From: Bacteroidia bacterium
GTDB taxonomy: Bacteria; Bacteroidota; Bacteroidia; UKL13-3
NCBI GenBank assembly: GCA_018058135.1
Contig: JAGPCK010000001.1
Span: 60,617-124,616 of the forward strand
Direction: 5' to 3'
DNA length: 64,000 bases
In this document: positions 36,872 through 48,100 of the stretch, one piece after another
Layout of the letters: the number at the start of each line of letters is the position of its first letter
How positions within the stretch are numbered: position 1 is the stretch's first letter
Made by a program: the position numbers and the translations under genes
Notes under the pieces: model-generated
The model's database searches: none
The model's input: the letters and a program-made list of their open reading frames with translations, nothing else
What the model was told of the DNA's origin: nothing

Positions 36872-38764
36872 TTGAATAAGAGAAGCCTAATTATTATCTG
36901 GTTAATACTTGCATTATCCCTTGGGGCTACAAAAACTGTGTCGGCAGAAAATAACCCCGTAGTAGATAGTTTGAATGCCGTTATAGAAGCCACAGAAAAT
37001 GACACCACTAAAGTTGACCTGCTGATTGCTCTTAGCGAAGAGTTTAAAGACAACGATAAAGTAAAGGCGATTGAGATACTAAACTCAGCAATGAAATTTG
37101 CTAAAACAGCCAATTCAAAAATAAGACAAGCTTCTATTCTGAGAGCAATGGGAAGTGTGTACATCGGCCAGGCTGATTTAGATAAAGCCACTCAGGTATT
37201 GTTCTCATCCATAAAAATAAGTGAGGACATTAAAGAGTGGGAAGGTGCAGCTTCAGCATACATTCTATTGGGCCGACTACATATGGAAAAGGGGTTGGAT
37301 GACAATGCCTCCAAAAATGCCCTCAAATATTTTATAAAATCTCTTGACGCACTGGAGAAGGCAGGGAACAAAAAAAGAATTGCCGCAGTACTTAACAACA
37401 TTGGAACAGCATATGGCTCCATGAATGATTATTCAACAGCCATTGTATATTTATTGAAAAGCCTGAAAATACGGGAAGAAATAAAAGATGATGCTGGTAT
37501 TGCCTCTACACTCAGCAATATAGGCTTAATATATTCCCATCAAAATGACTATGATAAAGCACTGGTTTATCAAATGAAAAGTCTGGTTATTCGGGAGCGC
37601 ATTGGCGACAAAAAAATGATTGCCAACTCCTTGAACAATATAGGTGATGTTTATGCGGCTAAGGGTGATTATGACAAAGCCATTGAATGGTTAAAAAAAG
37701 GTTTAGAAAGTGCATTAGAAACAGGCAATAAATATTTTGAAAAGAACAGTTATAACGGTCTAACAGAGGTATATGAGGCAAAAAATGATTTTGCAAATGC
37801 ACTTATTTATGCCAGAAAATATGAAGAATTAAAGGACATGATGCTGAACGCAGAAAGCGATGAGCAAATACAGGAACTTGAAACAAAATATGAGACCGAA
37901 AAGAAAGAAAAAACCATACAGAATTTAACCAAAGAACAACTGGCTAAAGAAACTGAAATAGTAAGAAGAAGAACAGTAAACACCTTTGTACTTATTGGTG
38001 CTTCTGTCATTGCTTTAGTGTTGCTTTTTACTTACCGTACCTACAGACAAAAGCAAGAAGCCAATGAATTACTCACTAAATTGGACAAAGAGAAAAATGA
38101 ATTTCTGGGCATTGCAGCGCATGACTTAAAAAATCCTCTACAAACAATTATTGGTTATTGCCAAATGCAAACAAGTTACTTTGATAAACTGAGTAAAGAA
38201 AAAATTCTTAAACAAACCAATAACATTGAAATTACTTCAGCACGTATGCTTGATTTGGTGAGCAATCTGCTGGATATAAATGCTATTGAAGAAGGTCTGA
38301 TAAAGGTTAATAAAGAAAAAACAGCGTTATTACCCCTGCTGGAAAAAATTACTGATGGTATAGAAAATCAGGCCTCCCACAAAGGGATTAAAGTACATTT
38401 GGAAACTACAGAAAAGAATATTGAGGTAATTACTGACGCATTATTGCTCAGACAAATTATTGAAAATTTATTAAGCAATGGCATAAAATACTCACCCGAA
38501 TCATCTGAAGTAGTGCTGCGTTGTGCAAAAACAAACGGCAGAATTGAAATTGCTATAATAGACAGCGGACCAGGTATTCCGGTAGACGAACAAGAGCTTT
38601 TATTTAAAAAGTTTTCCAGGTTAAGTACCCGCCCTACTGCTGGAGAATCTTCTCATGGCTTAGGCTTATCTATCGTAAAAAAACTGTCTGACCTGCTGAG
38701 TATTGAAGTGAGTTTCGAAAGTGAGCAAGGTAAAGGTTCCACATTTAAACTTTTACTGCCATGA
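36872..38764 (+). CDS. TPR-repeat sensor histidine kinase (signal peptide, periplasmic TPR repeats, transmembrane segment, HisKA, HATPase_c)
   Basis: TPR motifs A..L..G.VY...D.A are repeated. Transmembrane segment FVLIGASVIALVLLF. H-box LGIAAHDLKNPLQ. G-boxes IIDSGPGI and GLGLSIV. Only a TTG start is available at 36872. Confidence 0.8.
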   Translation: MNKRSLIIIWLILALSLGATKTVSAENNPVVDSLNAVIEATENDTTKVDLLIALSEEFKDNDKVKAIEILNSAMKFAKTANSKIRQASILRAMGSVYIGQADLDKATQVLFSSIKISEDIKEWEGAASAYILLGRLHMEKGLDDNASKNALKYFIKSLDALEKAGNKKRIAAVLNNIGTAYGSMNDYSTAIVYLLKSLKIREEIKDDAGIASTLSNIGLIYSHQNDYDKALVYQMKSLVIRERIGDKKMIANSLNNIGDVYAAKGDYDKAIEWLKKGLESALETGNKYFEKNSYNGLTEVYEAKNDFANALIYARKYEELKDMMLNAESDEQIQELETKYETEKKEKTIQNLTKEQLAKETEIVRRRTVNTFVLIGASVIALVLLFTYRTYRQKQEANELLTKLDKEKNEFLGIAAHDLKNPLQTIIGYCQMQTSYFDKLSKEKILKQTNNIEITSARMLDLVSNLLDINAIEEGLIKVNKEKTALLPLLEKITDGIENQASHKGIKVHLETTEKNIEVITDALLLRQIIENLLSNGIKYSPESSEVVLRCAKTNGRIEIAIIDSGPGIPVDEQELLFKKFSRLSTRPTAGESSHGLGLSIVKKLSDLLSIEVSFESEQGKGSTFKLLLP

Positions 38765-40656
38765 GGAAGAACGTGTGTATTTTTCTTTTCCTGCTTACTA
38801 CTGCGATTACTCACAAGTGCTTGGCCACAACAGAAGACCCGGAACTAATACACTTGATTGACAGCCTCAAAAAGCGCAGTGAAATGAACCTTCATGATAC
38901 AGAGAAGATGAAGGTGTACTATGATTTGGGTGACTATCTGGTAAAAGCAGAACCCGAGGCAGCTAAGAAATACCTTGATCTTTCTTTGGCACTCAGCGAA
39001 AAATATGATAACCTCAAACTGAAGAAAAGAAATCTTGAGCGCATTGGTGTATATTTCAAAGACAAAGGCAAATATGGTATTGCTCTAAGCTACCAGATAA
39101 ATGCACTGAAAATAGCTGAAAAACAGCAGGACACTTTCGGAATTGCGGTGTGCTGTAACAACATTGGTGTAATATATAAGAGTCTACATAAGTACGATAA
39201 AGCGCTTGAGTATTATTTACGCTCTAATAAATTGTGTGAACTGGCCAATAAAACACAGGGATACATTATGACCCTGAACAACATTGGTACTGCTTACAAT
39301 GACCAAGGTGATTATAAAAGAGCTAAACCATATTATGAAAAGGCCTTAACAAAAGCCAAAGAAACCGGTGATAATAGCGCCATAAGTGTTGCATTAAATA
39401 ACTTAGGAGAAGTTTATGCTCTGGAGCAAAATCATGATAAAGCCTTGCTGTATTTTAAACAGTGCCTCGAAATTGACAGAAACTTAGGTGATCAGTTTGG
39501 CGAGTTACTTTCTATGATTAACATAGCAGGTTCTTATGTTAACCTCCAGCAATATAAACAAGCTGAAAGTGAATATTACCGTGCTTATGAATTGGCACAT
39601 AAACTAAACGGAAATTATTATCTGAGCGATATACACAAAAACCTTTCAGAGCTATACACTAAAAACGCTAATCACAAAAAAGCTTTTGAACATTATAAGC
39701 TACATGTAAGCTATAAAGACAGCATTTTTAACGAAGAGAACAACAAAAATCTGACAGATTTACAACTGCAGTACGAAACAGAAAAAAAAGAACAGGCCAT
39801 TGTATCACTAAACAACGAAAAAGAGTACAAAAACGCCAAAATAAAAATGCAGAAATCAGTACAGGTGGTGAGTATTTCCATTGGTCTGCTGCTATTACTC
39901 TCTCTTCTTTCGCTATATAATTTGTATCGCCTTAAATCAAAAACAAATGAACAACTTATACTACTGAACAAGGAGAAAAATGAATTTCTGAGTATTGCTG
40001 CACATGACTTAAAAAACCCTTTGCAAACCATTAAAGGGTATTGCCGCATGCAAAAAGATTATTTCGATAAACTGAGCAAAGAAAAAATGTTGCACTATAC
40101 GCATAACATTGAAATAGCCGCACGCAACATGGTTGAATTAATCAGCAATCTGCTCGACATTAACGCCATTGAATCAGGGCACATCAAAAACCAAACTGAA
40201 GACATTAATCTGAATGAATTTATGGAAAAGGCAGTAGTTAATTTCAGGTTAGCTGCCAATCAGAAAAGCATTCGGCTGATATTTATTCCTCACAAAGAAA
40301 TCACCATTGTGAATGCTGATGCCGCCTGGTTAAAACAAATTACCGACAATCTAATGAGCAATGCCATCAAATACTCACCTATAAACAGTGAGGTTACACT
40401 GGCAATTATAAATGATAGCAAAACCTGTGGCTTTTATGTACAAGACCATGGCGAAGGAATAAGTAAAGCTGATCAAAAGCAACTCTTTAATAAATTTACC
40501 CGCCTATCGTCAAAACCAACAGCTGGTGAAAGCAGCAATGGATTAGGGCTTTCAATCGTTAAAAAACTCGCTGATGTTATAGGTGCTGAAATTATTTGCG
40601 ACTCTGACAAAGGCAAAGGATGTAGGTTTACTGTTGTAAAAACTAATGAAAAATAA
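38761..40656 (+). CDS. TPR-repeat sensor histidine kinase, tandem paralog of the preceding gene
   Basis: Same architecture. H-box LSIAAHDLKNPLQTIKGYCRMQ, G-boxes VQDHGEGI and GLGLSIV. An ATGA overlap with the upstream gene. Confidence 0.8.
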   Translation: MRKNVCIFLFLLTTAITHKCLATTEDPELIHLIDSLKKRSEMNLHDTEKMKVYYDLGDYLVKAEPEAAKKYLDLSLALSEKYDNLKLKKRNLERIGVYFKDKGKYGIALSYQINALKIAEKQQDTFGIAVCCNNIGVIYKSLHKYDKALEYYLRSNKLCELANKTQGYIMTLNNIGTAYNDQGDYKRAKPYYEKALTKAKETGDNSAISVALNNLGEVYALEQNHDKALLYFKQCLEIDRNLGDQFGELLSMINIAGSYVNLQQYKQAESEYYRAYELAHKLNGNYYLSDIHKNLSELYTKNANHKKAFEHYKLHVSYKDSIFNEENNKNLTDLQLQYETEKKEQAIVSLNNEKEYKNAKIKMQKSVQVVSISIGLLLLLSLLSLYNLYRLKSKTNEQLILLNKEKNEFLSIAAHDLKNPLQTIKGYCRMQKDYFDKLSKEKMLHYTHNIEIAARNMVELISNLLDINAIESGHIKNQTEDINLNEFMEKAVVNFRLAANQKSIRLIFIPHKEITIVNADAAWLKQITDNLMSNAIKYSPINSEVTLAIINDSKTCGFYVQDHGEGISKADQKQLFNKFTRLSSKPTAGESSNGLGLSIVKKLADVIGAEIICDSDKGKGCRFTVVKTNEK

Positions 40657-41263
40657 GTCACAATTACATCTTGACGGACTTAAATATCAGCTTAGCCAGC
40701 ACTTCATTTTTAATGTAATGAATACCCTGCGTGTTCTTATACGCAAGGAACCTGAGCAAGCCACAACAATGCTGAATACCTTCAGCGAATATCTTCGTTT
40801 TGCTCTGCATAAAACAACCGAATTCACTTCAACACTGGAAAATGAGCTTGCCGGAATTGAACTGTTCATTCGTTTGCAGGAGTTGCGTTTTAAAAAGCAA
40901 ATCCTTCTCGTTAAAACTATTTCTCCCGAAACACTTTGTAAAGAAATACCCGCATTTATTCTACAGCCTTTTGTTGAACAATTACTCAAGTTTTCTCAAC
41001 CTGAAAAAGAAATTAATATTACTTACATCAACTTTGCTGCTGAAACTATCGACAACAGGTTTGAAATTAAACTTTCCTGTAGGCCGGTTCCCGTCAAAAA
41101 CAACACTTCTGATCGTGTAACTTTTTCACCTAAAAGTGATGCAGAGCAAGGCGTAGAAAAAGCGCTGGAGTTGTGTAGGACAATATTTGGTGACACGTTC
41201 GGGTATGATTCAGTACAGGGAAAAAACGAGCATATAATAACCTTCACATTACCTATAAAATAA
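40646..41263 (+). CDS. Membrane-less LytS-type His_kinase-domain protein with degenerate ATP-binding boxes (possible pseudokinase or phosphotransfer partner)
   Basis: 205 aa with the H-box LSQHFIFNVMNTL (PF06580-like). The N-box reads VEQLLKF instead of the expected ENxxxHG, and no DNGxG G1 box is present. No transmembrane segment. Its start overlaps the upstream kinase by 11 bp, and its stop overlaps the LytTR regulator start (TAATG). Confidence 0.65.
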   Translation: MKNKSQLHLDGLKYQLSQHFIFNVMNTLRVLIRKEPEQATTMLNTFSEYLRFALHKTTEFTSTLENELAGIELFIRLQELRFKKQILLVKTISPETLCKEIPAFILQPFVEQLLKFSQPEKEINITYINFAAETIDNRFEIKLSCRPVPVKNNTSDRVTFSPKSDAEQGVEKALELCRTIFGDTFGYDSVQGKNEHIITFTLPIK

Positions 41264-42003
41264 TGAAAAATACGACATTAAAAGCACTGATAGTTGATGA
41301 TGAACCTTATGCTCGCGGAGAGTTAGCTGAAATGCTTTTACCATACACTAACGTTGAACTGGTGGGCGATGCGGGAAATCTTACTGATGCCATTGCACTT
41401 ATTGAACAATACCACCCCGATGTAGTTTTTCTGGACATTGAAATGAATGGTGAAAACGGCTTTGAACTACTGGACAAAACAGAATACGAATTCAAGACGG
41501 TTTTTGTAACCGCTTATAATCAATATGCTATAAGAGCTTTTGAGGTGAATGCTATAGATTATTTGCTAAAACCTGTAATGCCTGAGCGTTTATCCAAAAC
41601 TATACAGAAATTATCTGAACAACTTGCTGCGGATAAAGAGCAGGAATCAACCCTAACTGCTCTTACTATGGACGACCGATTGTTGTTGACACTTAACCGG
41701 AAAATGAGTTTTATTAAGCTCGATGACATTAAGTGCATACTGGCTGCTGGTGATTACTCCGAAATTATAACTGTGCAAAACGATAAGGCCCTGGTACAGA
41801 AAAAGATGAAGGACTGGGAAGTACAATTGCCTGAAAAACATTTTCAACGTATACACCGAACTGCTATTGTTAATCTCGATTATGTAGATAAAATTGAGCG
41901 GTACGGTAAAGAAAATGCAATTGCCTTTATGAAAGGCATGGATAAACCTCTCGATATCAGCAAAAATTTTCTCGCTGAGTTAAAGAGTAAGTTTAAAGTC
42001 TAA
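41263..42003 (+). CDS. LytTR-family response regulator
   Basis: MKNTTLKALIVDDEPYARGEL..VVFLDIEMNG receiver, and a C-terminal LytTR domain (..FIKLDDIKCILAAGDYSEIITVQNDKALVQKKMKDWE..FQRIHRTAIVNL). Confidence 0.9.
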   Translation: MKNTTLKALIVDDEPYARGELAEMLLPYTNVELVGDAGNLTDAIALIEQYHPDVVFLDIEMNGENGFELLDKTEYEFKTVFVTAYNQYAIRAFEVNAIDYLLKPVMPERLSKTIQKLSEQLAADKEQESTLTALTMDDRLLLTLNRKMSFIKLDDIKCILAAGDYSEIITVQNDKALVQKKMKDWEVQLPEKHFQRIHRTAIVNLDYVDKIERYGKENAIAFMKGMDKPLDISKNFLAELKSKFKV

Positions 42004-42112
42004 AACACCCCGTTTAAAGATTTTATTCTTCATTCACATATATGTGAGGTAACACCAGTTTTGGTTTCGTTTACTTTGATTATCCATACGAACAAGTAAA
42101 CTATCACATTAT

Positions 42113-45100
42113 ATGAACACCAAAAAATTTACAATTACACTTGAAACAGCATTTTTTATTGCTGTTTTCCTGTTTGGTATTACCGGCCGGTCCTATGCCC
42201 AGTGCGGTACTGCCTCTGCTTTAAGTCCTGTGGCTTCGGCAACACAAATCTGTAGCGGTACAACGTTAAAACTATCCGTTCAAGGCTTACAGGTTGTTAA
42301 CTGGATATACAGAGACAACAGCGGGAGTTGGCAAAACACCTTCTCTGGCAATCAGTCTACTTATTCTGTAACAATAAACGTTTCGTCCAATACCAGCAGG
42401 GAGTATCGTGCCATTATAAACCACTCTACCTGTAATAACGACACAACGGCTGGTGTAACAGTAAGTTTGCAGGCTGCAGGTTACGGCAATATCAATTCGC
42501 TGGTGCCGATAAGTTCATCTGCTTCTTCTTGTTCCAACAGCAATGTAATAGTTTCGATTCCTGCACAGTACACCGTAAAAGAGTGGTTGTACCGCGATAA
42601 CAACAGCGGGAATTGGTTTGTATACAGCACAGGAAACTCCAGCACTCTCAACGTAAGCGGCTTTACCTCCACCACACCACTTATCCGGTCTTTACGCGCC
42701 ATTGTTGCAAGCGGTAGTGGTTGTAATTATGATACCTCAGCAGCTGTGAACTTGACTTTTAATCCTCAAAGCGCAGGTTATCGAGCTGACATTGTTCCAA
42801 TACCTACTGCAACAAATGTATGTGCTGGCACAAACACTCAGGTTTCAGTTTCTAATTTACTTTCTGTGCAAAACTGGATTTACCGAGACAATAACGGCAG
42901 TTGGCAGAGCAGTTTCTCCGGTAGCAGTATCAATGTTAGCAGCAGTTCTATTACAACCAATACCACAAGAGATTTCAGAGTATTGATTAATGACAATGAT
43001 AATTGCCGCTTAGATACATCAGCAATGTCAAGTGTTAGCATTGTTTTGAACCGCGGAAACGACAATAATATTGTACCTACTTCAGTTAATCCTGTTGTGT
43101 GCAGTGGCAATACCGCAACTGTTGCTGTTCCCAATAATTTATCTTCACAGGTTACCGGATGGTTACGCAGAGATAACAATACCGGCAACTGGACGCTGAT
43201 TTCTTCAACAAGTGTAACCTACAATGATTTCTCAACTACGATTTCAGTACCTACCTCACGAAGCTATCGTGCGCTTATACGCAACATACAGTCGTGCAGT
43301 ATTGACACTACTGCTGAAGTAGTAATTAATATTAAGCCTAATACCAATGGCAATAACAACAGCCTTGTTCCTTTGGCCTATAGCAATACTGTATGTAGCG
43401 GATCTCAGGCAACCGTTACTTTTAACGGAAACGGAGCAACCGTACAAAACTGGATTTACCGAAACAACAATACCGGCAACTGGTTTTCTGGGGGTAGCGG
43501 AACAAGCTATACTGACTTTAACACAACCGTTACTGCCAATACACAACGCAGTTACCGTGCAGTACTTCGTGATAATCTGAATTGCCGCATTGATACAACT
43601 GCCGAGGTTGCCATTTCCATTAAAATAAAATCATACAGCGGAAATACCATACAGATTCAGCCCGTAAATACCAACCCAGTTATTTGTGCAAACGCTACCT
43701 CTCAAGCAAGCATTACTTACAACGGAAATTACACCACCGAAAAATGGGTTTACACTGACGGCAGCAACTGGAGTGATGTATCAGGTTCTAGCAGTAATAG
43801 CATGTTTGATTACAATACCAATGTTACTTCAACTACCACCCGCACATATAAAGCGCTGTTGAGAAACAACGAAACCTGTTTGATTGATTCCACTTTGAGT
43901 ACCACCACTACCATAACTCCAAGAACTTATGGTGTAAACAACTCTGTTACGATTCAACCTGTACAAAACACCTATTGCAGCGGGGCCTCTGTTTTCCAAA
44001 TATCAGCAAGCAATATTCCTAATGGATATAGTGCTCAAAACTGGATCTATCGGAACAACAACACCGGCAGCTGGATTCAGACAAGCAGCGGAACTACTTT
44101 ATATGATTACAGCACAACTGTATCGTCAACAACAGTTCGCAGCTACCGCTTACTTATATTTAACTCGGCCATGTGCAAAGTAGATACAAGTGTTGAAACC
44201 AGTATCACTATCAATACACGAAATACAGGAAATAATAACTCATTGATTCCGGTAACTTCAACAACTGCAATATGTAATGGAAGCAACCTCTTCGCCAACA
44301 TCACTTTAAACAGCGGGCAAACTGTCGCACGTTGGTTGTGGAGAGACAATAACGGTGCCTGGAACATAATCAGTACAACAAGTACAAGCATATCACAAAG
44401 TAACACCTATGTGCTTACCTCCACTACACGTCAGATTAGAACAATCATTAATGACAATAATACCTGCAGCACGGATACTTCTGCAGTATTAAGTGTTACC
44501 ATCAATCCGGTTACTGGCGGAACGGTAAGTTCCATTACACCTTCAGCATCACAAACGGCCGTGTGTGCCGGAAATACCATCAATGTAAATCTGGGTTCAG
44601 GTTCTTCTACCACCTTTTTACGCTGGTACTACAGCAATAACGGTACACAATGGTTAGAGCCATCCGTATACAGTCAGGGTACTTCTATGTCTGACAACGA
44701 TACTCGCGTTACTTCATCTACCTCTCGTAGATATAGGTATGTGTACTACCGTAACCAAGGCTCGTGCATTATAGATACTACACAAAATATCACCGTCAAT
44801 ATTACTCCGTTGGGCGGAGGTGGTATGCTGAGCAAATCGGTGAGTGTATCGAACAGCAGTATATGTGCCGGAGGTTCAGTTACCGTAAGTGTTTCACTCG
44901 CATCGGGTGAGCAGGTGAGCCGTTGGTTGTACCGCAATAACAACGGACCTTGGCTGGTGCTTTCTACCTCCACCTCAAGTGCGGTGTCTGACAATAACAT
45001 TCGTGTAAACACAACCACCACACGTGAATACAGAGCTGTATTGTATAACACCAACGGATGCAGTTATGATACTACACAAAGCAGTTCACTTACCGTTAAC

Positions 45101-48100
45101 CCGCTTACAAACGGTAACAATCCTTCGGTAACACCAACAGCTGCTGCATCAAGCGTGTGTGGTGATGGCACACTCAGTATCAATGTAAATCCCGGAACAG
45201 GGAACTCCTTGCGCCAATGGTTGTACAACAACAATAATGGCAGCTGGTTACTGCTCAACACCAATAACTCTACCAATTATAACCACGCCAACACAACAGT
45301 TCCTAACGGAGTAACCTCACGCGGCTACAGAGTATTATTAACTGATGCTGTAAACTGTAACATTGATACTTCTGCCTCCTTGATTTTAACTATCCAACCT
45401 TTACAAACCGGAAATCACTCTGCAACTCCTTCGGGAAATACAACGGTGTGCGCTTCGGCTACCAGCAACAATATTTCTTTGTCCACCCCATCAGGATATA
45501 CTGTCAGCAAGTGGATATACAACAACAACGGTGGAGCATGGGATGATTTTCCTTTCAACACATCCGGCTCTAGTACTATCAGTGACCTTAATTTAAATAC
45601 AGCTAACACCACCAACCGGGGTTATCGTGTAATTATTCGCAACAGTTCAACATGCCGTATTGATACATCAGCAACATTCTCATCTACCATATACAAAAAT
45701 ATAGGAGGTGTGTTAACTACTTCGGTTCCTGTTGCATTAAACAGTACAGTATGTTTTGGTGCTACATCACAACTCAGTTTAAACGTACCATCAGGGTACA
45801 GCGTAACCAAATGGATGTACAGCGATAATGGCGGAGCACTGAAAGATTTTACCAACTCTACCTCTAGTTCTGTATTGAATGAAAACCATACACAGGTGAG
45901 TGCAACAGTAAGTCGCTCCTATGTAGTTATTCTCAGTAATTCTTCAAGTTGCAGAAGAGATACTACCGCAGGTACCAGCGTTACCATCAACCCCAGAAAT
46001 AATTTTGGTAACAGCACCGCTAATCCAACTGCTAACCCAACAGGAGGTATTTGCAATGGCGGTTCAGTACAGTTAAGTATAAATCAAGGTGCAGGCAACA
46101 CGGTTGAACGCTGGATATACAGTGATAATAACGGGCCATGGACCAACATACTGTCATCTAATTCTTCTTCAGTAACTCACCAAAACACCTATATCAACGC
46201 TACAGTGAACAGACAGTACCGCGCGATGATAAACAATGTTACACAGTGCCGTTTAGATACCTCTAATGCCGTTAATGTAAACATCAGCATGTTGGGCTAC
46301 GGAACTGATACTACCATGGTGATTACTTCGCCCGATACAATTTGCGGAGGAACTACAGCAAATATATCTGTTGGCAGCAGCCCTGTGCGCAAGTGGATAT
46401 ATCGCGATAATAACGGTGCCTGGATGGATATAAACAACAGCGCTTCGAGCAGTATAAACGAAACCAACACCAACGTAACATCCACCGTAACGCGTACATA
46501 TGCAGCATTGGTTTTCAAAACAGCCTTCTGCCGTATTGATACCAGCAAATTACGTACAGTAGTACTTAAACCCTACTCACAAGGAAACAGCACAGTAAAA
46601 GCGAATATCTTTACCGATTCTGTTTGTATTGGAACGAGCAGTGTGTTTATGAGTGTTCCCACAGGAACAGTAAAAACATGGATTTACAGAGATAACTTTA
46701 CCGGAATATGGACAAGTATACCGTTTTCTGCTTCCACAGGTTTCAACCATTCGTTAAGCGGATTAACCCTCAACACTCCTCGTGTATACCGCGCCATACT
46801 TACTTCTACAGGCTGCTCTGAAGATACTACTGCAGGCGATACTGTAGTAATTAAAGCCTTCAGCAAAGGGAACAACAACAGCGTTACACCTACTATAAGC
46901 AATGCAACAATTTGCAACGGAGCACCTGCTTTTGTAAGTATCAATCCGGGTTCAGGCAATAGTGTGATTAAATGGATATACCGTAATAACAACACGGGCC
47001 CTTGGCTTGACTACCAAACAGGGGGTAACTCCATCAGTGATTACAACACTTACGTTACCACCCCGCAAACAAGAGTGTACCGTGCCATTTTACGTAACAA
47101 CACACTTTGCAGTGAAGATACCAGTGCGTTGCTTACACTTTCGTTATTACCGATAGGCAACGGAAACACCACTACAACACCAACAGCAAATAACAGCACT
47201 GTGTGTACCGGAAGTTCAGCTATTATCAGTGTAAATCCCGGATCGGGCAACAGTGTTCAACGCTGGATTTACCGTAACGGTACTACCGGCAACTGGATTG
47301 ATTTAGCTTACAGCGGAAACTCTGTTACCGATAATAACACCATTACCGGAGTAACACTTGTTCGTAATTACCGCGCCATTATATATAACCCTTCTACTTG
47401 TAGCAGAGACACTACTCCGGCAGTAAGTGTGACTATCACCCCTGTTACTGTGGGTGTAAATACATCTATAACACCAACGGCCAGTAACTCCTCAGTATGT
47501 GCCGGTGGGTTTGCGCAAATCACTACCACCACCTCTGGCGGAAGTGTAGTGGGCTGGGTATACAACATTAACGGAAGTGCGTGGATGAATTTTGGGTACA
47601 CTACCAGTACAAGCATCTCCGACTATCAAACTTCGTATACTTCAACAACAACTAAAGCTTACCGTGCTTTAATTTACACATCAAGCACCTGCCGTATAGA
47701 TACTACGAACAGTGTAACGGTAACTATTAGTCCGCGCACGTATGGCAACGACAACAGTTACACCTTTACATCTCCGTCTTCAGCCTGCTCAGGAAGCAGC
47801 TACAACGTTCAGATAAGTTCATTGGGAAGTGGCAACAGCATTGCCCGCTGGATATACAGAGACAATAGCGGTGCGTGGATGAACATCAGCAGCAGTTCAA
47901 CTGCTTTTACTGAAAGCAACACCAATGTGAGCTCAACCACTACGCGAGTTTACAGAGCACTTATAGTGAAAGGAAATGCCTGTACCATTGATACTAGCAA
48001 TGCCTGCACAGTTACCATCAACCCGGTAACTAACGGAAACGATAATAGCATTACACCTTCAGGTCCTTCATCGGTATGCTCTGGTGCAACAGCTAATGTG

